A stretch of DNA of 64,000 nucleotides from Deltaproteobacteria bacterium. Lineage in GTDB: Bacteria; Desulfobacterota; Binatia; JACPRU01. The notes beneath the pieces are model-generated. The model was given only the letters and a program-made list of their open reading frames with translations. It was not told the DNA's origin and did no database searches. This document shows, in pieces, positions 52,559 to 61,702 of the stretch; the stretch's first letter is position 1; every line of letters starts with the position of its first letter. The stretch is taken from NCBI GenBank assembly GCA_016189835.1, contig JACPRU010000040.1, forward strand, positions 1,230 through 65,229. Direction: 5' to 3'. A program made the position numbers and the translations under genes.

Positions 52559-54426
52559 ACCGTCGAGCGCTCCTCGGCATCGTCGGCGCGTTCCTGCTGC
52601 TCACCGCGGTGCTGCGCGTGTGGGTGGCGGTCAACGATCGGGCCTACCGGGCGCCGGTCTACTCCACCCAGGTGCAGCCGGTGCCGCGCGAGCAGGGCAT
52701 CGCCGATCAGCAGAAAGCGGCCGAAGCCAAGGCCAAGGCCAAGAAATACGAGGCGCCGACGTACCGTCAGTTTCCGTTCGTCGGCAGCCGCGTGGCGATC
52801 TGGGTGGTCGCCGAGCTGCACCTGATGTTCGCCGCCTTCGTGCTCGCCGTACCGATGTTCGCGTTCATCATCGAGGTGATCGGCTACGCGACCGGCGACA
52901 AGCGCTACGACCGGCTGGCCTTCGAGTTCACCAAGCTGCTCTCGACCTCGTTCTCGTTCACGGCGAGCTTCGGCGGCTTTCTGACCTTCATGCTGATCGC
53001 GCTCTACCCGGCGTTCACGAACTACCTGATGGAGGTCTTCTCGCCGACGTTCCTGCCCTACGTGCTGCTGTTCTTCGCCGAGGCGGGCTGCCTCTACAGC
53101 TACTACTACGGCTGGGGCAAGTTTCATCCGCTCGTCCACCTCGCGCTCGGCCTGGCGATCAACGTGGTCGGCACCCTGATCATGTTCATCGCCAACGCCT
53201 GGGCCTCGTTCATGATGACGCCGCAAGGCATCTCCGACTCCGGGGCGCTCGTCGATCTCTACGCCGCGTTCGACAACTTCACGTGGATGCCGATCAACAT
53301 CCACCGCTTCATCGGCAACATCGCCTTCGGCGGATCGGTGGCCGCGGCGTACGCGGCGTGGAAGTTCCTGCACGCCGAGACCGACGAGCAGCGCGCCCAC
53401 TACGACTGGATGGGCTACGTCGGCAACTTCGTCGCGATCAGCGCGTTCCTGCCGCTGCCGTTCGCCGGCTACTACCTCGCCGCGGAGATCTACGCCTACA
53501 ACCAGGCACTCGGCATCATGATGATGGGCGGCGCGTTCTCCTGGCTGTTCATCATCCAGGCCGTCTTGATCGGCAACCTGTTCCTCGCCGCCAACTACTA
53601 CCTGTGGCTCGGCATGGGCCGGGTCGAGGGTGTGCAGGCCTACCAGAAGTACGTCAAGTACCTGCTGGCGGCGATCGCCGTGTGCTTCGCGGTGTGGGCG
53701 ACGCCGCACTCGCTCATCGCCACCACCGCCGAGATCCGCGCGATGGGCGGAACGCTGCATCCGATGCTCGGCTACCTCGGCGTGATGTCGGCGAAGAACA
53801 CCGCGGTGAACGTGCTGATCCTCACCACGTACGTGAGCTTTCTCTTCTATCGCCGCACCGGAAAGCGGCCGACGGTGTCTTGGGCGAAGCTCGGCAACCT
53901 CGTGCAGTTCCTGATCTTCGCGGCCTCCACCGCGATCGTGATCTTCTACGGCATCTACGGCTACTTCGTGGAGGCGGCGGTGCGCATCGCCTTCTCGGTG
54001 CCGCAGGTGCTGTCGGTGCTGGTGGCGATGGTATTGATGACGGTGATCGACATCTTCCTCATGCGCGGCGCCCACGCCACGGGCGAGACCCACTGGGGCA
54101 AGATCCCGGCGGTCTCGCAGTACGTGCTGATCTTCATCGCCGTGACGTTCACCTGGCTCATGGGGCTGATGGGCTACGTCCGATCGGGCCTCCGCCAGCA
54201 CTGGCACGTGTACGGCGTGCTGGTGGATTCTTCGCCCGATGCCTTCACGCCCACGCTGGGATTCGCGGCCAACGTCGTCTCGGTCTGCGTGATCCTGTTC
54301 TTCGCGCTCATCGCGTTCGTGTTCTGGCTCGCCAGCCTGCACGACAAGAGGGATTGGGGGACGACGCAATCCGACGAGCCGGCCCACGGCGGGCACGCGC
54401 CGAAGAGGGTGTCGGCGGGCTCATGA
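52555..54426 (+). CDS. Cytochrome bd subunit I (CydA)-like polytopic membrane protein, no CydB partner
   Basis: 623 aa, GTGA overlap with actE. By eye it aligns to E. coli CydA at AELHLMFAAFVLAVPMF (H19 region), FFAEAG (E99 region), IANAWASFMM, NIHRFIGNIAFGG...AAW (H186 region) and GLRQHW (GRQPW region). It has a much shorter Q-loop and extra C-terminal TM helices. Confidence 0.6.
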   Translation: MNRRALLGIVGAFLLLTAVLRVWVAVNDRAYRAPVYSTQVQPVPREQGIADQQKAAEAKAKAKKYEAPTYRQFPFVGSRVAIWVVAELHLMFAAFVLAVPMFAFIIEVIGYATGDKRYDRLAFEFTKLLSTSFSFTASFGGFLTFMLIALYPAFTNYLMEVFSPTFLPYVLLFFAEAGCLYSYYYGWGKFHPLVHLALGLAINVVGTLIMFIANAWASFMMTPQGISDSGALVDLYAAFDNFTWMPINIHRFIGNIAFGGSVAAAYAAWKFLHAETDEQRAHYDWMGYVGNFVAISAFLPLPFAGYYLAAEIYAYNQALGIMMMGGAFSWLFIIQAVLIGNLFLAANYYLWLGMGRVEGVQAYQKYVKYLLAAIAVCFAVWATPHSLIATTAEIRAMGGTLHPMLGYLGVMSAKNTAVNVLILTTYVSFLFYRRTGKRPTVSWAKLGNLVQFLIFAASTAIVIFYGIYGYFVEAAVRIAFSVPQVLSVLVAMVLMTVIDIFLMRGAHATGETHWGKIPAVSQYVLIFIAVTFTWLMGLMGYVRSGLRQHWHVYGVLVDSSPDAFTPTLGFAANVVSVCVILFFALIAFVFWLASLHDKRDWGTTQSDEPAHGGHAPKRVSAGS

Positions 54427-54917
54427 GATCTCCGGTCGGCGTCAACGTGGTCCTGGTGGTGGCGGGCGCGACGCTCTTCTACACCTACGTCGGCCAGCTC
54501 GTGCCGCAGAAGGAGCTGCAGCCGCCGCCGAAGGTCGAGATCACCCAGGAGATGACGCCGGTACAGCTCGCCAAGGTCGGCGACGAGCTCGCGCGCGGCA
54601 AGGGCATGTGCCTCACCTGCCACACGGTCGGGCACAGCGGCGGGCCGCTCCGCTATCCCGACCTCGCCGGCGTGGCCGAGCGGGCCAAGACGCGCGTCGC
54701 GGGGCTCGATCAGCTGCACTACTTCGCGCAGTCGGTCTGCCAGCCGGACGCGTTCGTCGTCGCCGGCTTCGCGCCGGGCATGCCGGCCATCCACAGGCCG
54801 CCGATCGGGCTCTCCGACGAGGAGCTGCACGCGGTGGTCGCGTGGCTCCAGAGCCAGGGGGGGCAGGCGACGATCACCTTGAAGGAGAAGCTGCCGTACT
54901 GCGGAGGCCCCGGGTGA
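54423..54917 (+). CDS. Membrane-anchored monohaem cytochrome c
   Basis: 164 aa with an N-terminal TM and one CxxCH (CLTCH). ATGA overlap with the upstream gene. Confidence 0.7.
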   Translation: MRSPVGVNVVLVVAGATLFYTYVGQLVPQKELQPPPKVEITQEMTPVQLAKVGDELARGKGMCLTCHTVGHSGGPLRYPDLAGVAERAKTRVAGLDQLHYFAQSVCQPDAFVVAGFAPGMPAIHRPPIGLSDEELHAVVAWLQSQGGQATITLKEKLPYCGGPG

Positions 54918-54930
54918 GCGGAGACCGCGC

Positions 54931-55758
54931 ATGAAGCTCGCGATCGTCCTTGCCGTCGTCGCCGTGATGGTCGTGCTGCGCCTGGTGCGCGCCGGGCTGC
55001 TCGTGTGGCTCGCCGCCTGGTGGGTCGGCACGTACGCGGTGCTGCGCTACGGCTTCGTGACGCCGATTCCCGCTTCCGCCCTGCACATCTTCATGGCGAT
55101 CACGGCGCTCTCGCTGTTCGCCTACGCGACGTCGAGCCGCGAGCGGATGCGCGCGACCTACGAGCCGGTCCTCGCGTTCGCGAGCGAGAGCCGCTTCACG
55201 CTGCCGCTCGCGCTGGTGGCCGCGTCGATTCCCGGGGTCGTCGCCTGGAGCGTCTACCAGGGCCTGCAGCAGCCGCTCCAGCCGCCTTACTTCGGGCGCA
55301 CGGTCCACCCGTCGCCGCCCGCCGAGATCACGTCGCGCGGCGAGAAGGTCGATCTCGCGCGCGCCGCCAACCCCTTCCGCAATCTCGAGAAGACGGACGT
55401 CCAGGCGTTTCGCCGGCACGTCGAGAACGGCCGGCGGGTTTACTACCGCAACTGCTTCTTCTGTCACGGCGACGACCTCGGCGGCGCCGGGATGTACGCC
55501 CACGGCCTCGACCCGGTGCCCGCGAACTTCCTCGACTCGGGCGTGCTGCCGATGTTCCAGGAGTCGTTCTTCTTCTGGCGCATCGCCAAGGGCGGCCCGG
55601 GCATGCCCGACGAGGGCGCCCCCGGCGACTCGGCGATGCCCGAGTGGGAGCGCATGCTCAGCAACGAAGAGATGTGGGACGTGATCCTGTTCCTCTACGA
55701 CGACGCGGGCTACCGGCCGCGGGCGCTCGAGGCAGTCGGCGCCGAGGTGGCTCACTAG
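54931..55758 (+). CDS. Polytopic (about 4 TM) membrane protein with C-terminal monohaem cytochrome c domain
   Basis: 275 aa with one CxxCH (CFFCH), followed by MPEWERMLSNEEMWDVILFL, typical of class I cytochromes c. Confidence 0.7.
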   Translation: MKLAIVLAVVAVMVVLRLVRAGLLVWLAAWWVGTYAVLRYGFVTPIPASALHIFMAITALSLFAYATSSRERMRATYEPVLAFASESRFTLPLALVAASIPGVVAWSVYQGLQQPLQPPYFGRTVHPSPPAEITSRGEKVDLARAANPFRNLEKTDVQAFRRHVENGRRVYYRNCFFCHGDDLGGAGMYAHGLDPVPANFLDSGVLPMFQESFFFWRIAKGGPGMPDEGAPGDSAMPEWERMLSNEEMWDVILFLYDDAGYRPRALEAVGAEVAH

Positions 55759-57456
55759 ATGCCTCCGATTTCGCGACGCCACGAGGCCTCCTCCTGGGTG
55801 ACGCTCGCCCTGGCCCTGGCGGCGCTGCCGTGCTTCGCCGCGCCCGCGCCCGACCTCGGCACGGATCAGCAACGACAGGCGGGAAAGCCGCTCTACGACC
55901 GGCACTGTTCGCAGTGCCACGGCGAAAAGGGGGACGGCCTCGGCGTGGCGGCGCCGTTCCTCAGCCCCAAGCCCCGCGACTTCACCTCCGGCAAGTTCAA
56001 GATCCGCACCACGCCGAGCGGCGCACTGCCCACCACGCAGGATCTCAAGGCCATCATCCGCGCCGGGATGCCCTACACCGCGATGCCGGGCTGGCCGCAG
56101 TTCAACGACCGGCAGCTCACCGACGTCGCGTACTACGTGAAGTCGTTCGCCGCGGACTTCGCCGACCCCGATCGCCAGCCCGAGCCGATCCAGAGCCCGC
56201 CGGTGCCGGCCATCAGCGGCGAATCGATCGGCAGAGGCAAGAAGCTCTACGAGGAGCTCGGCTGCGCACGCTGCCACGGCGAGACGGGCCGCAGCGACGG
56301 CGTCGCGGCGCCGACGCTGACCGACGACTGGGGATACCTGATCCGCTCCGCCGACCTCACTCGGCGCTGGACGTTCCGCGGCGGCCCGACGCGCCAGGAA
56401 ATCTTCCGTGCATTCTCGACCGGCCTGAACGGTACGCCCATGCCTTCGTTCGTCGACGCGCTGACGGTCGAGCAGCGCTGGGATCTCGCCGACTTCGTCT
56501 ACTCGCTGTCGCCGAGGGACTCGCCGGAGTACGCGACGCTGCTCGTCGCCAAGAAGGTCGCACGCGAGCTGGACCTGGCCGAAGGGGCGAAGCTCTTCGA
56601 GGAAGCCGAGCCCGCCTACTTCCCGGTGATCGGCCAGATCATGCAGCCGGGGCGCGCGTTTCACCCGTCGTGCAACGGCATCGCCGTGCGCGCCGTCTAC
56701 AACGAGACCGACATCGCCTTCGAGCTGCGCTGGAACGACATGCGGGCGGAGGTCACGGGCAAGAACGGACCCGAGCTGGCGGTGGCGGCGGCCGAGGACG
56801 AGGGCGACGAGCCCGCCGCGGCGCCGCCGGCCGCTGAAGGTGGCGGCGGGTGGGGCGACGCGGAAGCCGCCGCGCCGGCGGCCGAGCCCGCCGCGGCGCC
56901 GGCCGACGTTTGGGGAGAAGGCGAAGCCGGCGCCGCGGCGTCTGCGGCCGTACCGCAGAGCGAATTCTCCGACGCCGTGGCCATCCAGTTCCCGGCCGAG
57001 AAGTCGCTGACGATCCGCAAGCCCTACTTCGTCTTCGGCGACAAGGGCAACGCCGTCAACCTCTGGTTCGTCGACCTCGCGAAGCCGGAGCCGGCGCTGT
57101 ACGTCGGCCGGGGCAGCGACTCCCTGGAGCCGCTCGGGCCCCGCGATCTGACGGTCACCCGCGGCTACGACAAGGGCGAATGGACCGTCGTCTTCAAGCG
57201 GCGGCTGCGCAGCCAGGGAGAGGTCACGTTCGAGGAGCAGGGCTTCCTGCCGATCGCCTTCTCGGTGTGGGACGGCCTCGCCGGCGAGCGGGGCAACAAG
57301 CGCGGCCTCACCAACTGGTGGACCGTCTATCTCTCGCCCGACGAGAAGCCGTCGCTCGTCCGCGAGATGGCGAAGTGGGGGGGGCTGGCGTTCGCGCTCG
57401 AAGTGGTGTTCATCGGCTGGGCACGCCGCCGCGCGCACAACTCGGCGGGATCCTGA
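55759..57456 (+). CDS. Dihaem cytochrome c fused to EB_dh-like (type II DMSO-reductase gamma-subunit-like) haem-b domain, C-terminal TM anchor
   Basis: 565 aa with a signal peptide and two CxxCH (CSQCH, CARCH). The C-terminal about 270 aa (AVRAVYNETDIAFELRWND...DAVAIQFP...NLWFVD...GEWTVVFKRRL...IAFSVWDG) resemble the ethylbenzene-dehydrogenase gamma/NxrC-type domain from memory. Terminal TM is GGLAFALEVVFIGW. Confidence 0.55.
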   Translation: MPPISRRHEASSWVTLALALAALPCFAAPAPDLGTDQQRQAGKPLYDRHCSQCHGEKGDGLGVAAPFLSPKPRDFTSGKFKIRTTPSGALPTTQDLKAIIRAGMPYTAMPGWPQFNDRQLTDVAYYVKSFAADFADPDRQPEPIQSPPVPAISGESIGRGKKLYEELGCARCHGETGRSDGVAAPTLTDDWGYLIRSADLTRRWTFRGGPTRQEIFRAFSTGLNGTPMPSFVDALTVEQRWDLADFVYSLSPRDSPEYATLLVAKKVARELDLAEGAKLFEEAEPAYFPVIGQIMQPGRAFHPSCNGIAVRAVYNETDIAFELRWNDMRAEVTGKNGPELAVAAAEDEGDEPAAAPPAAEGGGGWGDAEAAAPAAEPAAAPADVWGEGEAGAAASAAVPQSEFSDAVAIQFPAEKSLTIRKPYFVFGDKGNAVNLWFVDLAKPEPALYVGRGSDSLEPLGPRDLTVTRGYDKGEWTVVFKRRLRSQGEVTFEEQGFLPIAFSVWDGLAGERGNKRGLTNWWTVYLSPDEKPSLVREMAKWGGLAFALEVVFIGWARRRAHNSAGS

Positions 57457-57469
57457 CCGGGAGGCAGCG

Positions 57470-59494
57470 ATGTACAAGACCATCTACGTTCCGGTGGACA
57501 ACTCCGACTTCTCCAATCAGGCCGTTCGCCTGGCCATCGATCTCGGCAAGAGCTTCGGCTCGAAGATGGTGGGCTGCCACGTCTACGCGGCCAAGATGCA
57601 CGACTACCGCTTCAAGCAGATGGAGTACACGCTGCCCGCGGAGTACCTCGAGGAGACCGAGCTCGAGCGGCAGCGGAAGATCCACGACAGCCTGATCACC
57701 ATGGGCTTGAAGCTCATTTCCGACAGCTATCTCGCGTCGATGGAGCAGCAGTGCGGGGCGGCCGGCCTCGAGTTCGAGCCGCGCATGACGGACGGCAAGC
57801 ACTCGACCGAGATCGTCAAGGACCTCGCCGCGGGCGGTTACGACCTGGTCGTGCTCGGCGTGCTCGGCCTCGGCCGCGTGCGCGACAGTCAGGTGGGATC
57901 GGTTTGCGAGCGCGTGGTGCGTCACGCCAGGCAGGACGTGCTCGTGGTCAAGCAGTTGCCGAACGGGGACGGCGCCGCGCGCGACACGATCCTGGTCGGC
58001 ATCGACGGCAGCCCGCAGTCCTTCGGGGCGCTCTTGACGGCGACCGACCTCGCCAAGCGCTTCGGCAAGAAGGTCGAGGCGATCGCCGTCTACGATCCCT
58101 ACCTCCACTACACCGTGTTCAACGGCATCGTGAACGTGCTCAGCGAGAAGGCGGCCAAGGTCTTCCGCTTCGAGGAGCAGAACCAGCTGCATGAGGAGGT
58201 GATCGACACCGGGCTCGCGCAGATCTACCAGTCGCACCTCGAGGTGGCCGCGAAGATGGCGGTCGAGACCGGCTTCGAGATCCAGAAGACGCTGCTCGAC
58301 GGCAAGGCATTCCAGAAGGTGTTGAACCACGCCCGCAAGATCGATCCCTGGCTGCTGGTGGTCGGCCGCACGGGGATTCACGGCGTGAAGGACGAGACCG
58401 AGCTCGGCAGCAACGCGGAGAACCTGTTCCGCAGCTGCCCGTGCGACCTGCTGCTCACCACCCGGCTCGAGGTCCCCGAGCTCGACGTCAAGGCCGAGGA
58501 GTCGATCCGCTGGACGGCTGAGGCCGAGGAGCGCATGACCCGCGTGCCGCCGCTCGTGCAGGGGATCGCGCGCACCGCGATCTACCGCCTGGCGATCGAG
58601 AGGGGCCACAGCGTGATCACCAGCAGCCTGCTCGACGAGGCGATGGAGCGGTACATGCCGAAGGGCGCGAAGGCGACGACGCGGCTGGCCGAGAGCGTCG
58701 TGCTCGAGCACGCGAAGGACCGGGCGGTGTCGATCTGCAAGAAGTGCGGCGTGTCGGCGGCCGAGGCGAGCCCCGTCGCGTGCGCGGTCTGCGGCGGCGA
58801 CGCCTTCCACGTGATCTCGCCGGGAATGGTCGAGGAGATCATCGAGAGCGAGGGCGGAGCGCAGGCCGAGACCACCTACGACGGCCGCACGCTCACCTGG
58901 ACGCGCGAGGCCAAGCGGGCGTTGTGGACGATTCAGGACGGCTACCAGCGCCGTCGCACCAAGGCGCGGGTCGAGAAGGCGGCGCGTCTGAGGCGGTTCG
59001 AGGCCGTGAGCCTGGAGCTGGCCCGGGCGCTGATCGAGGAGGAGACCGGCGAGCCGCTGGTGCTGCCGCCGCGAGGCGCCGAGGCGCCCCCGCCGCCGGC
59101 CGAGACGCAGGACGGCAAGAAGCTCGTTGCCCGTGACGAGAAGCGCAACCCCTTGTTCTCCGCGCTCGACTGGCAGCCGGACGCGGTCATGCGGATCCTG
59201 CGCGTGCCGGCCGGGTTCATGCGCAACCGCACGCAGCAGAGGATCGAGGACCTGGCACGTGAGCGCGGCGCCGACGCGATCGACCTCGCGCTCGTCGAGG
59301 AGGGCATCGAGCAGGGCCGCCAGCTCATGGAAGAGATGATCCAGGAGTACAAGGCGAATCCGCAGGCCGCGCGCGCGACGACGACTCGCCCCGAACCGCC
59401 GCCGTCCGCCGCGGCTCCCGCTTCCGACGGTTTGCCGCTGAACGAGGTCGGCGTCATGGCGGTCATGGAAGCGAGGCGGGCCGGTAAGGCCTGA
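57470..59494 (+). CDS. Tandem universal stress protein (UspA x2) fused to zinc ribbon and three PCP_red-like domains
   Basis: 674 aa. Usp motifs (IYVPVDNS...GSVCERVVRHARQDVLVV; ILVGIDGS...LGSNAENLFRSCPCDLLL). CKKCG...CAVCG. Three W(T/Q)xEAxxxLxRVPxFV...ERG...-type domains at about 58505..58657, 58892..59041 and 59165..59329. Confidence 0.6.
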   Translation: MYKTIYVPVDNSDFSNQAVRLAIDLGKSFGSKMVGCHVYAAKMHDYRFKQMEYTLPAEYLEETELERQRKIHDSLITMGLKLISDSYLASMEQQCGAAGLEFEPRMTDGKHSTEIVKDLAAGGYDLVVLGVLGLGRVRDSQVGSVCERVVRHARQDVLVVKQLPNGDGAARDTILVGIDGSPQSFGALLTATDLAKRFGKKVEAIAVYDPYLHYTVFNGIVNVLSEKAAKVFRFEEQNQLHEEVIDTGLAQIYQSHLEVAAKMAVETGFEIQKTLLDGKAFQKVLNHARKIDPWLLVVGRTGIHGVKDETELGSNAENLFRSCPCDLLLTTRLEVPELDVKAEESIRWTAEAEERMTRVPPLVQGIARTAIYRLAIERGHSVITSSLLDEAMERYMPKGAKATTRLAESVVLEHAKDRAVSICKKCGVSAAEASPVACAVCGGDAFHVISPGMVEEIIESEGGAQAETTYDGRTLTWTREAKRALWTIQDGYQRRRTKARVEKAARLRRFEAVSLELARALIEEETGEPLVLPPRGAEAPPPPAETQDGKKLVARDEKRNPLFSALDWQPDAVMRILRVPAGFMRNRTQQRIEDLARERGADAIDLALVEEGIEQGRQLMEEMIQEYKANPQAARATTTRPEPPPSAAAPASDGLPLNEVGVMAVMEARRAGKA

Positions 59495-59586
59495 GAGCGG
59501 AGCGCGTTGTCACCTCTGCGGACCGTGCGACGCGTCTTCCGCCGGCGGCGGACACCGAGGGGTCGCCGGAGGTAACGGGCGCCTGC

Positions 59587-60426
59587 ATGTCGGGCTATCG
59601 CTTCTGCCGCACGGACGACATCCCCGCTCTGGTCGACGCCTACAACGACTGCTGGCTGCCGCACTTCGCCCCGCAGGCCCCGCTGACCGTCGACGCCTTC
59701 AAGCGCGAGGTTCGCGAGATCCATCTGTGGGCGTCGAGCTGCATGCTGGCGACCGAGGACGACCGGTCGATCGGCGTGCTGCTCGGCGCCAAGCGCGACG
59801 ACGCCAACTTGGTGCGGGCGATCGCCCTGCGGCCTGGCCACGAGCGCCGCGGTCATGGCCGGCACCTGCTCGATTCGCTGCGCCGCAAGGTCGCAATCCT
59901 CGGACCGCGGCGGCTGCTCGTCGAAGTGCCGGCGGAGTGGGGGGGCGTGCGGCGCTTCTTCGAGCGGTGCGGCTTCCACGCCGAGGCCCGCTACGTGGAT
60001 TTCGCGCACGCGGCGCCGCGGCGCGCGCCGGTGGCTCCGGCGGCGCTGGTTTCGGCGATCACCCTCGAGGAGCTGCGCGAAGCCGGGGCGTTCGACCCGC
60101 CTCCGGGTTTGCCCTGGGAGCGGTCCCCGCAAACGCTCGTCAACCGCAGTCGACAGATAGAGGGCCTGGCGGTGGCTTCCGACGTGCGCATCGAGGCCTA
60201 CCTGCTCCATCGCCGCGTCGGGGCCGGCAACGAGCTGCTCGCCGTGGGCGGCCCGCGGGCCGAGCTCTTGCATCTGCTGCTCGCCGGACTCTATGAACGG
60301 ACGAGCGGCCCGATCACGTTTCCCAAGGTGAGCGAGCGGGAGACGGCTCACGCCGCTCTGCGGGACCTCGGGTTCGAGTCCGTGCGCGAGCACGTCGGGT
60401 ATGCGGCCGAGCTGAGCGAATCGTGA
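59587..60426 (+). CDS. GNAT-family acetyltransferase-like protein
   Basis: 279 aa. IALRPGHERRGHGRHLLDSL (acetyl-CoA-binding R/QxxGxG-like block) and FFERCGF. Confidence 0.5.
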   Translation: MSGYRFCRTDDIPALVDAYNDCWLPHFAPQAPLTVDAFKREVREIHLWASSCMLATEDDRSIGVLLGAKRDDANLVRAIALRPGHERRGHGRHLLDSLRRKVAILGPRRLLVEVPAEWGGVRRFFERCGFHAEARYVDFAHAAPRRAPVAPAALVSAITLEELREAGAFDPPPGLPWERSPQTLVNRSRQIEGLAVASDVRIEAYLLHRRVGAGNELLAVGGPRAELLHLLLAGLYERTSGPITFPKVSERETAHAALRDLGFESVREHVGYAAELSES

Positions 60427-61292
60427 AGAGCTACTTCGACATCGCCGGCGACGGCGGCTCGCGCGTTCTCGAGCAGGTCCGGGCCAAGCAGTCGCGCATC
60501 GCCGCGGCGCTCGCGGGCGTGCGGCGCATGGTGGCGGTCGGCTCCGGCAAGGGCGGCGTCGGCAAGAGCACGCTCACCCTGCAGCTCGCCCACGCGCTGC
60601 GCGAGGACGGCGCCTCGGTCGCGATCCTCGACGCCGACCTGAACGGTCCCAGCCAGGCGCGCATGACCGGGCTCGGCTCGGTGGCGCCGGTACCGGGGCC
60701 CGACGGGCTCGTCCTGCCGCGCACCGCCGCGGGCATCGGCGTGGTGTCGATGGGCCTCTTCGTCCCCGAGTCCGCGGCGCTCGACTTCGAGAGCGTCGCC
60801 GCCGGGGACAGCTACGTGTGGCGGGCGACCAAGGAGTTCGCGGTGCTCGGCGATCTGCTCGCCGGAGTCGCCTGGGGCCCGCTCGACTTCCTGCTCGTGG
60901 ACCTGCCGCCCGGGGCGGAGCGCACCGTGCAGTACGCCGAGTTCTTCGGCGCCGCCGCCGCGCTCGTGCTCGTCACCTTGCCCTCGGATCTCTCTCGCGG
61001 CGTGGTCGCGCGCTCGGTAGCGGGGCTCCGCCGGGCGCCGAATCGAGTGCTCGGTTACGTGGAGAACATGAAGGGCTACTGCTGCAGCGAGTGCGGCTCG
61101 GTCCGTCCGCTGTTCGCCGAGTCGTCCGCGATCGATCTCGGCATCCCCTGTCTCGGCGCGGTGCCGTTCGATCCCGCGCTCGCCGCCGCCTGCGACCGCG
61201 GCGAGCCGCTGCCCGCAGCGGCCGCCGGCCCGGCGTGGCCTGCGGTTCGTTCCGTGGCCGCGGCGATCCGCGGCGCACTGGAGGCGTCATGA
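60423..61292 (+). CDS. Mrp/NBP35/ApbC-family P-loop ATPase (Fe-S cluster carrier)
   Basis: GTG start overlapping the upstream stop. VGSGKGGVGKST, DADLNGPS, VENMKGYCCSECG. Confidence 0.85.
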   Translation: MKSYFDIAGDGGSRVLEQVRAKQSRIAAALAGVRRMVAVGSGKGGVGKSTLTLQLAHALREDGASVAILDADLNGPSQARMTGLGSVAPVPGPDGLVLPRTAAGIGVVSMGLFVPESAALDFESVAAGDSYVWRATKEFAVLGDLLAGVAWGPLDFLLVDLPPGAERTVQYAEFFGAAAALVLVTLPSDLSRGVVARSVAGLRRAPNRVLGYVENMKGYCCSECGSVRPLFAESSAIDLGIPCLGAVPFDPALAAACDRGEPLPAAAAGPAWPAVRSVAAAIRGALEAS

Positions 61293-61702
61293 AGTTTCTC
61301 TGCGTGCTGTGCGATCAGCCGATGAAGCTCGTCGAGGTCGCGCCGCCGGATCGCGGCGCGCTCAGCGTGCTCTACGAGTGCCCCGAGTGCGCGCACCGCA
61401 TCGCCATGCTCACCAACCCGTTCGAGACGCAGATGGTGACCTCGCTCGGCGTCGAGATCGGCCCGGGCGGCGAGAAGACCGAGTCGAAGTGCCCGTTCTC
61501 GGCGATGGTGCCGGGCGCGGGCGCGCCCGGCGCCGAGAGCGGCGTGACCTGGACCGCGAGCGCGCTCCGGCGCCTCGAGCGGATCCCCGAGTTCGTGCGG
61601 CCGATGGCGCGCGGCGGCATCGAGCGCTTCGCACGCGAGCGCGGCCTCAGCGAGGTCGACGAGGCGGTGCTCGACGAGGCGAAGAGCTTCTTCGGCATGT
61701 AG
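61289..61702 (+). CDS. Zinc-ribbon + PCP_red-like domain protein
   Basis: 137 aa, ATGA overlap. CVLCD...CPEC ribbon. The C-terminal VTWTASALRRLERIPEFVRPMARGGIERFARERGLSEVDEAVLDEAK strongly resembles the ChlB/BchB C-terminal (PCP_red) domain. Confidence 0.6.
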   Translation: MKFLCVLCDQPMKLVEVAPPDRGALSVLYECPECAHRIAMLTNPFETQMVTSLGVEIGPGGEKTESKCPFSAMVPGAGAPGAESGVTWTASALRRLERIPEFVRPMARGGIERFARERGLSEVDEAVLDEAKSFFGM

